In this document: positions 18,949 through 27,084 of the stretch, in pieces
How positions within the stretch are numbered: the stretch's first letter is position 1
Layout: each line of letters begins with the position of its first letter
Assembly: GCA_963796275.1 (NCBI GenBank)
Contig: CAWCKY010000004.1
Coordinates: 992,001-1,056,000, forward strand
DNA from: an uncultured Acidobacteriota bacterium
GTDB taxonomy: Bacteria > Acidobacteriota > Blastocatellia > RBC074
Reading direction: 5' to 3'
Length of the DNA stretch: 64,000 nucleotides
The notes under the pieces: model-generated
The model's database searches: none
Told to the model about the DNA's origin: nothing
What the model saw: only the letters and a program-made list of their open reading frames with translations
Made by a program: the position numbers and the translations under genes

Positions 18949-21684
18949 TCACTCATATCGCAGCGCGATATTGGGATCTACTTTCGTCGCCCGTCGCGCA
19001 GGCAGGTAACAAGCCAGCATCGCCACGCCCGCGAACAACACGATTACGGCAATAAAGACCGGCGTCGTCGCTGGCATCAGTCCATAGAGCACCTGGGTGA
19101 GGATCGCAGTGAACCCTAATGAGACAAGCAAGCCGATGGCCAACCCGATCAACGTGAGTCGCAATCCATCGCGGACGACAAGGCGAACGACGTCGAAGCC
19201 GCGCGCGCCGAGCGCCATACGGACGCCGATCTCGCGTGTGCGCAGGCTGACGACGTATGAGACGATGCCGTAGAGACCCATCGCGGCGAGAAACAATCCG
19301 AGCAGCCCCTGCGCGCCCGCGAGCACCGCGCCAACCCGCAGCGGCATCATCGCGAAGGCGCTGTCGTTGAGGTGAGCCTCCATCGTCAGGACGTTGTAGA
19401 TAGGCAGATCGGCATCCATATGGCGCAGGACATCGCGCACAGCCGGAGCGAGCGCGGCCGGGTCGCCTGCCGACCACAAGTGGAGTGTCACGGGAGAGGC
19501 GTGGCGCTGCGCGAGCGGAGCGTAGAAAAATGGACGAAGTTCTTCCCCCAGCATGACGTACTTAGCGTTGCGCGCGACGCCGACCACTTGCCAGAAGCCC
19601 TCGTCCTCGCCCCACTTGAACCGTTTGCCCCGCGCATCCTGACCGGGCCACAGACGCTCGGCCATCGTGGCATTGACGATCGCGACCTTGATCGCGGTTT
19701 CGTCGTCGTGTTGGGCGAAGTCGCGTCCTCTCAGCACGGCACCTCCCATCGTTGTCAGGTATTCGGGAGTGACATAGTTGGCGTGCACGGTCGTGAAACT
19801 GTCTGTGTCGCCCGCCTTCTCCTCGGGCGCGACCAACGCGATCTCGAAGAAGTAACTGAAGGGGACGTACGAGGCGAGGCTGGCGGAGCGTACGCCGGGC
19901 TGGCCTTCCAGGCGATCGAGCAATTGCCGGTGGAACTGCTTTTGGCGCGCCTCGTCGTAACCTTGCAGGCCGAGATCGAGTGATGCCAATAGCAGATGGT
20001 CAGTACGGAAGCCGAGGCTTGCGTCAGCGACCTGCTGCAGGCTGCGCACGAACAGCCCTCCGGCGATCAGCACCACAACGCAGATCGCCACTTGAGAGAC
20101 CACCAGCACGCTGCGGAAGAGGTGCCTGCTCGAAGCGAGCAGGCCGCCGCCGCCCTCCTTGAGCGTCGTCTGAAGATCAAACCGTGTCGCGCGCAAGGCG
20201 GGCGCCACCCCAGTCACGACGCCGGCGATGACGGACACCGCGAAGGTGAAGGCAAAAACGCGCCAATCCCACGAGTCGTTATCGGTGCGAATGGGCATAT
20301 CGCCCGCGCCAGAAGGCATGAAGCCGAGAAGGTATCCGCTCCAGTTGGCGAGCAAAGCGCCAACGATGCCTGCCAGACACGCGAGCAGGATGCTCTCCGC
20401 CAGCAACTGGCGAATGAGCCGCCCGCGGTTCGCGCCGATGGCTGTGCGAATAGCCATTTCCTTTTGCCGCGCCACAGAGCGCGAGAACATAAGATTGGCG
20501 ACATTGGCGCAGGCGATGAGCAATACCATACCCACCATCCCCATGAAGACAGAAGCGGCCAGCGGCATGAATTCCGCGGCGACCGGCTCGGGCCGGCAAT
20601 ATTGCTCCTGCACGACGAAGACCGTCGCCTCTTTGTGCTCGTCCGGATATTCCCTGGCCAATTGTTTGCCGGCAATATCCACGGCCACGCCTGCCTGCGC
20701 CACGGTAACGCCTGGCTTCAATCGAGCCATCAATTTAAAGAGTACCGCGCCGCGCGCCTGCAGCAGCTTCCCGCCGCCGGGGCGCGCCTGACCCAACATC
20801 GAGGCGGGAATAAAGGCCCTCGGCGCTAACTTCCATTGCGCGCTGCCGAAGGTATCCGGCGCCACTCCCACAATGGTGAAGGGATGGCCATTGATGCTGA
20901 GCGCCTTGCCGATGACCGAGGGATCTCCGCCGAATTTTCGTTGCCAGTAATCGTGCGACAATACGACGATCGGATCGGCGCCGGGCATCTCGCCCTCCTC
21001 GCGATAGAAGAGGCGTCCCAACTTCGGTTCAACGCCGAGCATGGAAAAATAGTTGCCGCTCACCATCTCGATCCACTCGCGGTCGGGTTGATGTCCGGCG
21101 ATGCTCAGGTGAGCCGGGCCCATAGCGACTGCGAGCATGTCCGAGAAGACCTCCAGACGCTCACGATAGTCGCGAAAGTCGAGCCAGGAGTGGCCATGCG
21201 GCTTGTTCCAAACAGCGCTCTTTTGCAGTACCAGAACGAGCCGGTCCGGCTCTTTCACAGGCAACGGCTTGAAGAAGAATTCGCTGATGATCGAGAAGAT
21301 CGTGATGTTCGCGCTGATCCCGAGCGCGAGCGTGAAGACAGCTGCCGCCGTGAAGCCGCGTTTCTTCATCAATACGCGAGCGCCATAACGCAGGTCTTGC
21401 CAGAAGTCCACCATCATATTAATCCTCCTGTTGGTCCCTAAGACGATAGGCTCTTCCGGCAATGGACGCTCGGACTGCCGCAGCTCCCGTTGCAGCATTT
21501 CACCTTCACGAACCTCTGTGAGCGCAATGCGATAGGCTTCCTCCGCACTTACGCCACGAGCCAGCAATTCTCGGTAGTGATCCTCCAGGTGCTGCGAGAG
21601 CTCTTCGACGATCTCCGCTTCACGCGCCGGCTCGAGCTTCAAGCTGGTAAGCCGCTGTCTGATCTCTTGCTTCCACTCAGGCAT
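18949..21684 (-). CDS. ADOP-type ABC permease with EWK-type N-terminal helical prefix
   Basis: MPEWKQEIRQRL..AREAEIVEELSQHLED prefix, full duplicated MacB_PCD-FtsX, ends DPNIALRYE. Confidence 0.92.
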   Translation of the reverse strand: MPEWKQEIRQRLTSLKLEPAREAEIVEELSQHLEDHYRELLARGVSAEEAYRIALTEVREGEMLQRELRQSERPLPEEPIVLGTNRRINMMVDFWQDLRYGARVLMKKRGFTAAAVFTLALGISANITIFSIISEFFFKPLPVKEPDRLVLVLQKSAVWNKPHGHSWLDFRDYRERLEVFSDMLAVAMGPAHLSIAGHQPDREWIEMVSGNYFSMLGVEPKLGRLFYREEGEMPGADPIVVLSHDYWQRKFGGDPSVIGKALSINGHPFTIVGVAPDTFGSAQWKLAPRAFIPASMLGQARPGGGKLLQARGAVLFKLMARLKPGVTVAQAGVAVDIAGKQLAREYPDEHKEATVFVVQEQYCRPEPVAAEFMPLAASVFMGMVGMVLLIACANVANLMFSRSVARQKEMAIRTAIGANRGRLIRQLLAESILLACLAGIVGALLANWSGYLLGFMPSGAGDMPIRTDNDSWDWRVFAFTFAVSVIAGVVTGVAPALRATRFDLQTTLKEGGGGLLASSRHLFRSVLVVSQVAICVVVLIAGGLFVRSLQQVADASLGFRTDHLLLASLDLGLQGYDEARQKQFHRQLLDRLEGQPGVRSASLASYVPFSYFFEIALVAPEEKAGDTDSFTTVHANYVTPEYLTTMGGAVLRGRDFAQHDDETAIKVAIVNATMAERLWPGQDARGKRFKWGEDEGFWQVVGVARNAKYVMLGEELRPFFYAPLAQRHASPVTLHLWSAGDPAALAPAVRDVLRHMDADLPIYNVLTMEAHLNDSAFAMMPLRVGAVLAGAQGLLGLFLAAMGLYGIVSYVVSLRTREIGVRMALGARGFDVVRLVVRDGLRLTLIGLAIGLLVSLGFTAILTQVLYGLMPATTPVFIAVIVLFAGVAMLACYLPARRATKVDPNIALRYE

Positions 21685-21721
21685 GGTCAGCACCTCTCAT
21701 ACGATCGGTTACAGTCACATA

Positions 21722-21773
21722 CGCGCTGCCCTTCTTCAATTCGCAGCCAAACTCGAGGATCCATATTTGTCAT
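21722..21773 (-). pseudogene. 5' relic of a PadR gene
   Basis: Aligns by eye with the 5' end of the PadR gene at 46101 (ATG ACA AAT ATG GAT CCT CGA GTT..GAA TTG AAG AAG GGC AGC = ELKKGS); frameshifted, then truncated. Confidence 0.75.
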
Positions 21774-21779
21774 AGCCAC

Positions 21780-21808
21780 ATATTATCCAGGCAGATATAC
21801 GCGGTCAA
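21780..21808 (-). promoter_or_regulatory. Conserved PadR/ADOP promoter, copy 1
   Basis: TTGACC-gcgtatatctgcctgga(17 nt)-TAATAT; homologous to 32561-32589 and 46108-46136. Confidence 0.7.
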
Positions 21809-21942
21809 GAGAGACCTGGTTCTCCGGGTTTTAAGGCGGGTAAAACATTAAATCGACGAATGCGGTTTCAGGTTTTCTGACTGCATCGGATTTTGTGGAT
21901 TAGCCCCGGAGGGGCCTAATGTTTATAGATGTTCGCTCAACC

Positions 21943-22204
21943 TAGTTCTGATCGCGATAATCGATGTAGTTCAGATGCGAGGTCGGGTGATTGCCGGGAC
22001 GCCCCGTGTCAATCGTAAATACCGATACAAGACGCGCGGGTTCCTCGACCGGCAGCGGTTTGTGCAGTGAGGCATTGATGATGCTGAAGACCGCCGTGTT
22101 AGCGCCGATGCCGAGCGCCAGCGAGAGCGCAGCAACGAGCGTAAGGCAGGGCTCTTGAGTAATAATCTGAATCCGAAACGAACGTCTTGCAACAATGCTT
22201 CCAT
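21943..22204 (-). pseudogene. ADOP permease 5' fragment (short, prefix-less type)
   Basis: MEALLQDVRFGFRLLLKSP, then after a frameshift [37 protein letters not shown] and a stop. Confidence 0.8.
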
Positions 22205-22219
22205 TGGTTCATCTCCGCC

Positions 22220-22340
22220 GGAAATAGTTTTCAGTTTTTAGTTTTCAGTTCGCTGTCCACAGTCTGAGTTACATCAATTAAGAGATGTGAACCTTGAACA
22301 GCGAACTGAAAATGAAAACTGAAAACTGAAAACTATTTCC
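22220..22340. repeat. Inverted-repeat element built from heptamer repeats
   Basis: ggaaatagttttcagtttttagttttcagttcgctg ... cagcgaactgaaaatgaaaactgaaaactgaaaactatttcc. Confidence 0.8.
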
Positions 22341-23993
22341 TCATAGTCGTCCCGGACCGTAGAGAACCTGGCCGGGACGCGCGCCCGTATGTTTACCGTG
22401 ATCGATCACAACCTGTCCATTGACCAGCACGTAATCGATGCCCTCCGGAAAAAGCAGCGGCTGCTGATAGGTCGAGCGATCCTGAATCCTGTCGTAATCG
22501 AAGATCACGACATCGGCCCAGCACCCCTCTTTGATCAACCCGCGGCCGGCCAGGCGCATGCGCGTGGCGGGCCACGAGGTCATTTTGCGAATCGCCTCTT
22601 CGAGCGTGAGGATGCGACGCTCGCGCACGTAACGCGCGATCAGACGCGGAAAGTTGCCGTAGCTGCGTGGGTGCGGCAATCCCAGCTTGTCCTGCTCGCC
22701 GGCTCTGAGCGCTGCTCCGGCGTCGCTGCCGATGCTGGTCCAGGGAAAGCGCAGCGCGGATTCAATGTCCTGCTCACTCATCATGTGATAGATCGCCATT
22801 ACGCGGCCCTCACCCTGCGCCACCAGGTCGAAGGCGGCGTCGGCAGGCTCCTTGCCCCACTCCTTCGCGATCTGGGTCATCGTTTTGCCGTTAAAACGGG
22901 CGTTCTCCGCGTTGCGCGCATTGACCATCACGATTCCGTCCCAACCACCGGCGGCCTCGACGATGTTCCACCAGCCGACCGAACCTGTGTCGATCTCCCT
23001 CTTCAAGTGTGCCCGCGTTTCAGGATCCGCCAGCCGTTTGAGCAATACCTCCCGCCCTCCCTCAAACGCCCACGATGGAATCGTGGCTTCGAGCCCCGTG
23101 CCGCCCGCGGTGTAGAGATAGAGATCGGCCGCGACATCCACATTGCGCGCGCGCGCCTGATCGATAAGCTTGCCGGCCTCACGCATCAATTTCCCCCAGC
23201 CCGGTTCGTAGGCGGCTTTGAGGTGAAATATTTCGACCGGCAATCCGGCGCGCTCGCCGATTGTGATCGCCTCGGCGACAGCTTCAAGGAGCTCTTTTCC
23301 CTCGCCGCGAATGTGGCTGGCATAAATGCCGCCGTGTTTCGCCGCGGCCTTCGCCACCTCGACCAACTCCTCCGTTTTTGCATAGCTGCTTGGCGGATAG
23401 ATCAGGGCCGTCGTCATACCCATAGCGCCGCCGCGCATCGCGGTCTCCATGATCGCCTTCATCTTCTCCAGTTCTTCAGCCGTGGGCTCGCGCGCGGCCA
23501 TTTCCAGCACGGCCAGGCGCGCCTGCGTTTCGCTGAAGTAAGACCCGAAGTTGATGCTGATGCCGCTCTTCTCCAGGCCGGCGAAATATTCTGGGATCTT
23601 TTCGGCGGGTACTGGTGTACCACCCTCGCCGCCAATGGCCGTCGTCACGCCCATTCGCAATTTGTTTTCGGCCAGACCGTTGTCCGGCAATACCCCGCCC
23701 GATTGATCCATCATGTCGATCCAGCCCGGCGAAACGTAGCGGTCTTTGGCGTCTATCTCCTGATGGCCGCGACCCGCTATCTTTCCGACCTTGACGAAAC
23801 GGCCTTTGTCGACTGCCACATCAGCGACGATCCATGGATTGCCCGCGCCATCGAGTACGCGGCCATTGCGAATGACCAAGTCATACTGGACTTCACCCGC
23901 AGCGCTCGCCGTCTGGCCATGTGCCAGCGCAGATAGAGCCAGCGCGAGCAAAAGAGCGAAAACGGGAAGGTAATAACGATCGATTTTATTCAT
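22341..23993 (-). CDS. Secreted N-acyl-D-amino-acid deacylase-like amidohydrolase
   Basis: YDLVIRNGRVLDG, YASHIRGE, EIFHLK, IGSDAG, PHPRSYGNFPR and LTLEEAIRKMT; signal peptide from ATG 23993. Confidence 0.88.
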   Translation of the reverse strand: MNKIDRYYLPVFALLLALALSALAHGQTASAAGEVQYDLVIRNGRVLDGAGNPWIVADVAVDKGRFVKVGKIAGRGHQEIDAKDRYVSPGWIDMMDQSGGVLPDNGLAENKLRMGVTTAIGGEGGTPVPAEKIPEYFAGLEKSGISINFGSYFSETQARLAVLEMAAREPTAEELEKMKAIMETAMRGGAMGMTTALIYPPSSYAKTEELVEVAKAAAKHGGIYASHIRGEGKELLEAVAEAITIGERAGLPVEIFHLKAAYEPGWGKLMREAGKLIDQARARNVDVAADLYLYTAGGTGLEATIPSWAFEGGREVLLKRLADPETRAHLKREIDTGSVGWWNIVEAAGGWDGIVMVNARNAENARFNGKTMTQIAKEWGKEPADAAFDLVAQGEGRVMAIYHMMSEQDIESALRFPWTSIGSDAGAALRAGEQDKLGLPHPRSYGNFPRLIARYVRERRILTLEEAIRKMTSWPATRMRLAGRGLIKEGCWADVVIFDYDRIQDRSTYQQPLLFPEGIDYVLVNGQVVIDHGKHTGARPGQVLYGPGRL

Positions 23994-24156
23994 GATGCGA
24001 TCTTTCACTTTTTGTTGTTCTGGATCGGCGCCAGTTATACCACCAATGCCAGTGACGTTCTCAGAATGATTTCGCCCGAGAACCGATCCAGTATCCGGCC
24101 AAATTGCTTTGTTTTTTTTCTTTTCTCTTTTTGTGTTTTTCGCGGTGAATCTCACA

Positions 24157-24463
24157 TCACTCACACCGCAACGCTACCAGCGGGTCTATTTTCGTCGCCC
24201 GCCGCGCCGGAATCCAGCAGGCCAGCGACGCAATGCCGATCAGCAGCGCCGTAGCACGCCATACGTCAAAGGATCGATCGCGCTCACCCCATAGAGTAAG
24301 TCGGAGAGGAAGCTCGTCAAACCTATGGCCGCAACCAGCCACACCAATCAAAGTCAGCGGCATTCCTTCGCCGATCACCAGCTTCTATACATCTCTAGTC
24401 TCGGCTCCCAATGCCATCCTTATGCCCATCTCGCGCGTCCGCTGGGAGACCGAATAAGCGATG
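24157..24463 (-). pseudogene. Degenerate duplicate of the 3' end of the adjacent ADOP gene
   Basis: Closely matches 24741-25055 (both begin tcactcacaccgcaacgc and share gtcaaaggatcgatcgcgctcaccccatagag), with indels. Confidence 0.85.
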
Positions 24464-24466
24464 ATG

Positions 24467-24735
24467 CTGTAGCTTTCAAGAAAATGATCATCTTCAAAAA
24501 GCGCCAAAGGCGCGAAATATAATAGCCAGGGGCGGAGCGAAGTGAAGCCCCTGGTAACTCGTAAGTGAGTCGCCGAGCCCTGGTAAGGGCGTGATAACCG
24601 TTTATTATTGCGCCCTTTCAGGGCTGGTCGAGATTTGGGACTGCGACCAGGGGCTACGCTTCGCTCCACCCCTGGCTCTTATATTTCGCGCCTTTGGCGC
24701 TTTATGAAGATGATCATTTTCATGAATGCTATAGC
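24467..24735. repeat. REPIN-like long palindromic element
   Basis: Arms of more than 60 bp: tagctttcaagaaaatgatcatcttcaaaaagcgccaaaggcgcgaaatataatagccagggg / cccctggctcttatatttcgcgcctttggcgctttatgaagatgatcattttcatgaatgcta; internal agccct..agggc hairpins. Confidence 0.85.
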
Positions 24736-24740
24736 GCAAC

Positions 24741-27011
24741 TCACTCACACCGCAACGCAACCAGCGGGTCTATTTTTGTCGCCCGCCGCGCGGGAACCCA
24801 ACAGGCTACCAATGCATTGCCGATCAGCAGCAGAGCGATCACGCTGAAGGTCAAAGGATCGATCGCGCTCACCCCATAGAGCAGGTCGGAGAGGAAGCGC
24901 GTCAAACCTATGGCGGCAACCAAACCAATAGCCATACCAATCAAAGTCAGCAGAATTCCTTCGCCGATCATCATCTTCAACACATCTCGCGTCTCGGCGC
25001 CCAATGCCATCCTGATGCCGATCTCGCGCGTCCGCCGGGAGACCGAATAAGCGATCAGACCGGAAAGGCCGGCGAGCGCCAAAACCAGTGCCAGCAGACC
25101 GAAAATACTAATCAGAATGCTGGCGGCGCGCACAGGGAAGAGAGCAAAAGCCAGATGACCTCGCAAGGAGCCAAGGTGAGTCGGCGCTACATTGGGATCG
25201 AGTGCGCCGATTTCGCGTCGCAGGGCGGCCAGCAAAGATGCGGGATCACTGCTCGTCTTTACGAAGAACGCTCTCCCCCCGGCTTTTGAATAGCCGAGGC
25301 TCGACAGATCGAGACTCGCGATGAGCCGATTCCCGGACTCAAATCCCAGATCAATAGATTGCGCATGGATCAGGCTGCGCAGACAAAGACCGGCCCCGAC
25401 TAGCAAGAGTGAACAGATAGCGACCTGCCCGACAACTAATAGACTTCGCAGGCGTGATTTACCAGCGCCTCGGGCGCTCATTCCATCCTTCAGCGATGTC
25501 GCCAGATCGACCCTGCTTCCCTGCCAGGCCGGGGCCAGACCAAACAGTAATGCAGCCAACAACGAGACGAGCAGCGTAAATCCGAAGACTCGATAATCTG
25601 ATGAAAAAGCGAATCGAATTGGCAGCGATGGCGGTGTGAGCAGCAATAACAGAGGCGCCGTCCATTTCATCAATATCCAACCCAGGCCGCCACTAAGACA
25701 GGCGAGCAACACGCTCTCTGCCATCGCCTGTCGAAAGAGCCGCGACCTGCTTGCCCCCAACGCCGACCGCACCGCAAGCTCACTACGACGCGCGTTAGTC
25801 CGCGCAAGCAGAAAACTGGCGGTATTGGCGCATGCGATCGACAGCACTAACGCCACAACTATCATCAGCAGACCGGAGAAGGTTATCGCGTACCCGCGCG
25901 CCGGACCTGGTAAGAGCGTCGTCGGGGAAATCGCCGTCTCGTACATTTCGTTACTGTCCGGGTAGGCCTGAGCAAACCGGCGCGCCAATACTTTCAGATC
26001 GGCCTCGGCCTGAGCCGCGGTCAACCCGGGCTTGAGTCGACCGGCGCTGAAGAGCCAATAGGCGGTCCGGTTCGTCAACAGCTCCTGGTTGCGTCTGGTT
26101 TGCGGCGCCATCATCAATGGGATCCAGACATCGGGTCGGACACCGATCATCAGCCCGGCAAAATCCCCAGGCGCGATTCCGATGACATTGAAGCTGATGC
26201 CATTGAACATCATCGTCGAGCCGATAACCTTGGGATCGCCGCCAAGCTGCCCTTGCCAGAAAGCGTGACCGATGACGACGACCGGATGAGTGCCGGGCGT
26301 GCGCCCCTCTTCAGGCGCGAACGTGCGCCCCAGCATCGCATTAACCCCGAGAGACTCGAAGAAATTGCCAGAGACATAATGGCCGTGAATAATCTCGCCC
26401 TGCCCATTTCGGCTCCAACTTATGAGTGCCGGGCCGGGATCGAAGGCCACCATTCCAGAGAAGACCCGGTTGTGATCGCGGTAATGCTCGTATTGGGGAT
26501 AATTCAAGGCCTCGAAACTGCTGAATGACGAGCCGCCCTGCCGACGGTGATTCCAGACCTCCAGCAACTGCTCAGGCCGATCGACCGCCGGCGGACGTAA
26601 GAGCAGCTCGTTGACGAAACTGAAGATCGTCGCGTTGGCGCCGATGCCCAGCGCCATCGACAACACCACGATCGCGGTGAAGCCGGGTCTCTTGAGTAAC
26701 ATTCGCACGCCGAAGCGCAGGTCTTGCCACAGGTCTGCGATCATATTTGTTCTCCGTGTAGTTCCAGGTACGATCGGTTCTGGCGGGAAATGCCGCTCCA
26801 CGCGCAGCAATTCCCGCTGAAGCAATTCACTCCCGCTCAGTTCCAGGCGCGACTGGCGCTCGGCCTCCGCTGGTGTCACGCCACCTGAGAGCAACTCCGC
26901 ATAGCAGTCTTCCAAGTGCTGCGCGAGTTCTTCGACGATGGCCGCTTCACGCATCGGTGTAAGCCGCAACCCGACCAAACGCTCTCTGATTTCTGCTTTC
27001 CAATCAGGCAT
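24741..27011 (-). CDS. ADOP permease (EWK prefix) with an in-frame deletion of most of the second periplasmic domain
   Basis: 756 aa against about 900 aa in paralogs; reads GYSKAGGRAF|FVKTSSDP where paralogs have about 140 more residues. Confidence 0.85.
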   Translation of the reverse strand: MPDWKAEIRERLVGLRLTPMREAAIVEELAQHLEDCYAELLSGGVTPAEAERQSRLELSGSELLQRELLRVERHFPPEPIVPGTTRRTNMIADLWQDLRFGVRMLLKRPGFTAIVVLSMALGIGANATIFSFVNELLLRPPAVDRPEQLLEVWNHRRQGGSSFSSFEALNYPQYEHYRDHNRVFSGMVAFDPGPALISWSRNGQGEIIHGHYVSGNFFESLGVNAMLGRTFAPEEGRTPGTHPVVVIGHAFWQGQLGGDPKVIGSTMMFNGISFNVIGIAPGDFAGLMIGVRPDVWIPLMMAPQTRRNQELLTNRTAYWLFSAGRLKPGLTAAQAEADLKVLARRFAQAYPDSNEMYETAISPTTLLPGPARGYAITFSGLLMIVVALVLSIACANTASFLLARTNARRSELAVRSALGASRSRLFRQAMAESVLLACLSGGLGWILMKWTAPLLLLLTPPSLPIRFAFSSDYRVFGFTLLVSLLAALLFGLAPAWQGSRVDLATSLKDGMSARGAGKSRLRSLLVVGQVAICSLLLVGAGLCLRSLIHAQSIDLGFESGNRLIASLDLSSLGYSKAGGRAFFVKTSSDPASLLAALRREIGALDPNVAPTHLGSLRGHLAFALFPVRAASILISIFGLLALVLALAGLSGLIAYSVSRRTREIGIRMALGAETRDVLKMMIGEGILLTLIGMAIGLVAAIGLTRFLSDLLYGVSAIDPLTFSVIALLLIGNALVACWVPARRATKIDPLVALRCE

Positions 27012-27084
27012 AGTTGTTTTTCCATCCGCCTTCGAGCTGCATGGAGACGATTCGGCAAAATGATGTCGAGTCTGGTGTGTTCAC

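Noticed and set aside
22389-23936. 515-aa plus-strand ORF, and similar long antisense ORFs (5421-6632, 15721-16632, 51641-52513, 62732-63541)
   Set aside because: They are shadows of well-supported genes on the opposite strand in GC-rich DNA and carry no motifs.
24157-25055. Diversity-generating retroelement TR/VR pair
   Set aside because: Differences between the duplicates include indels and are not adenine-specific, and no reverse transcriptase is present.
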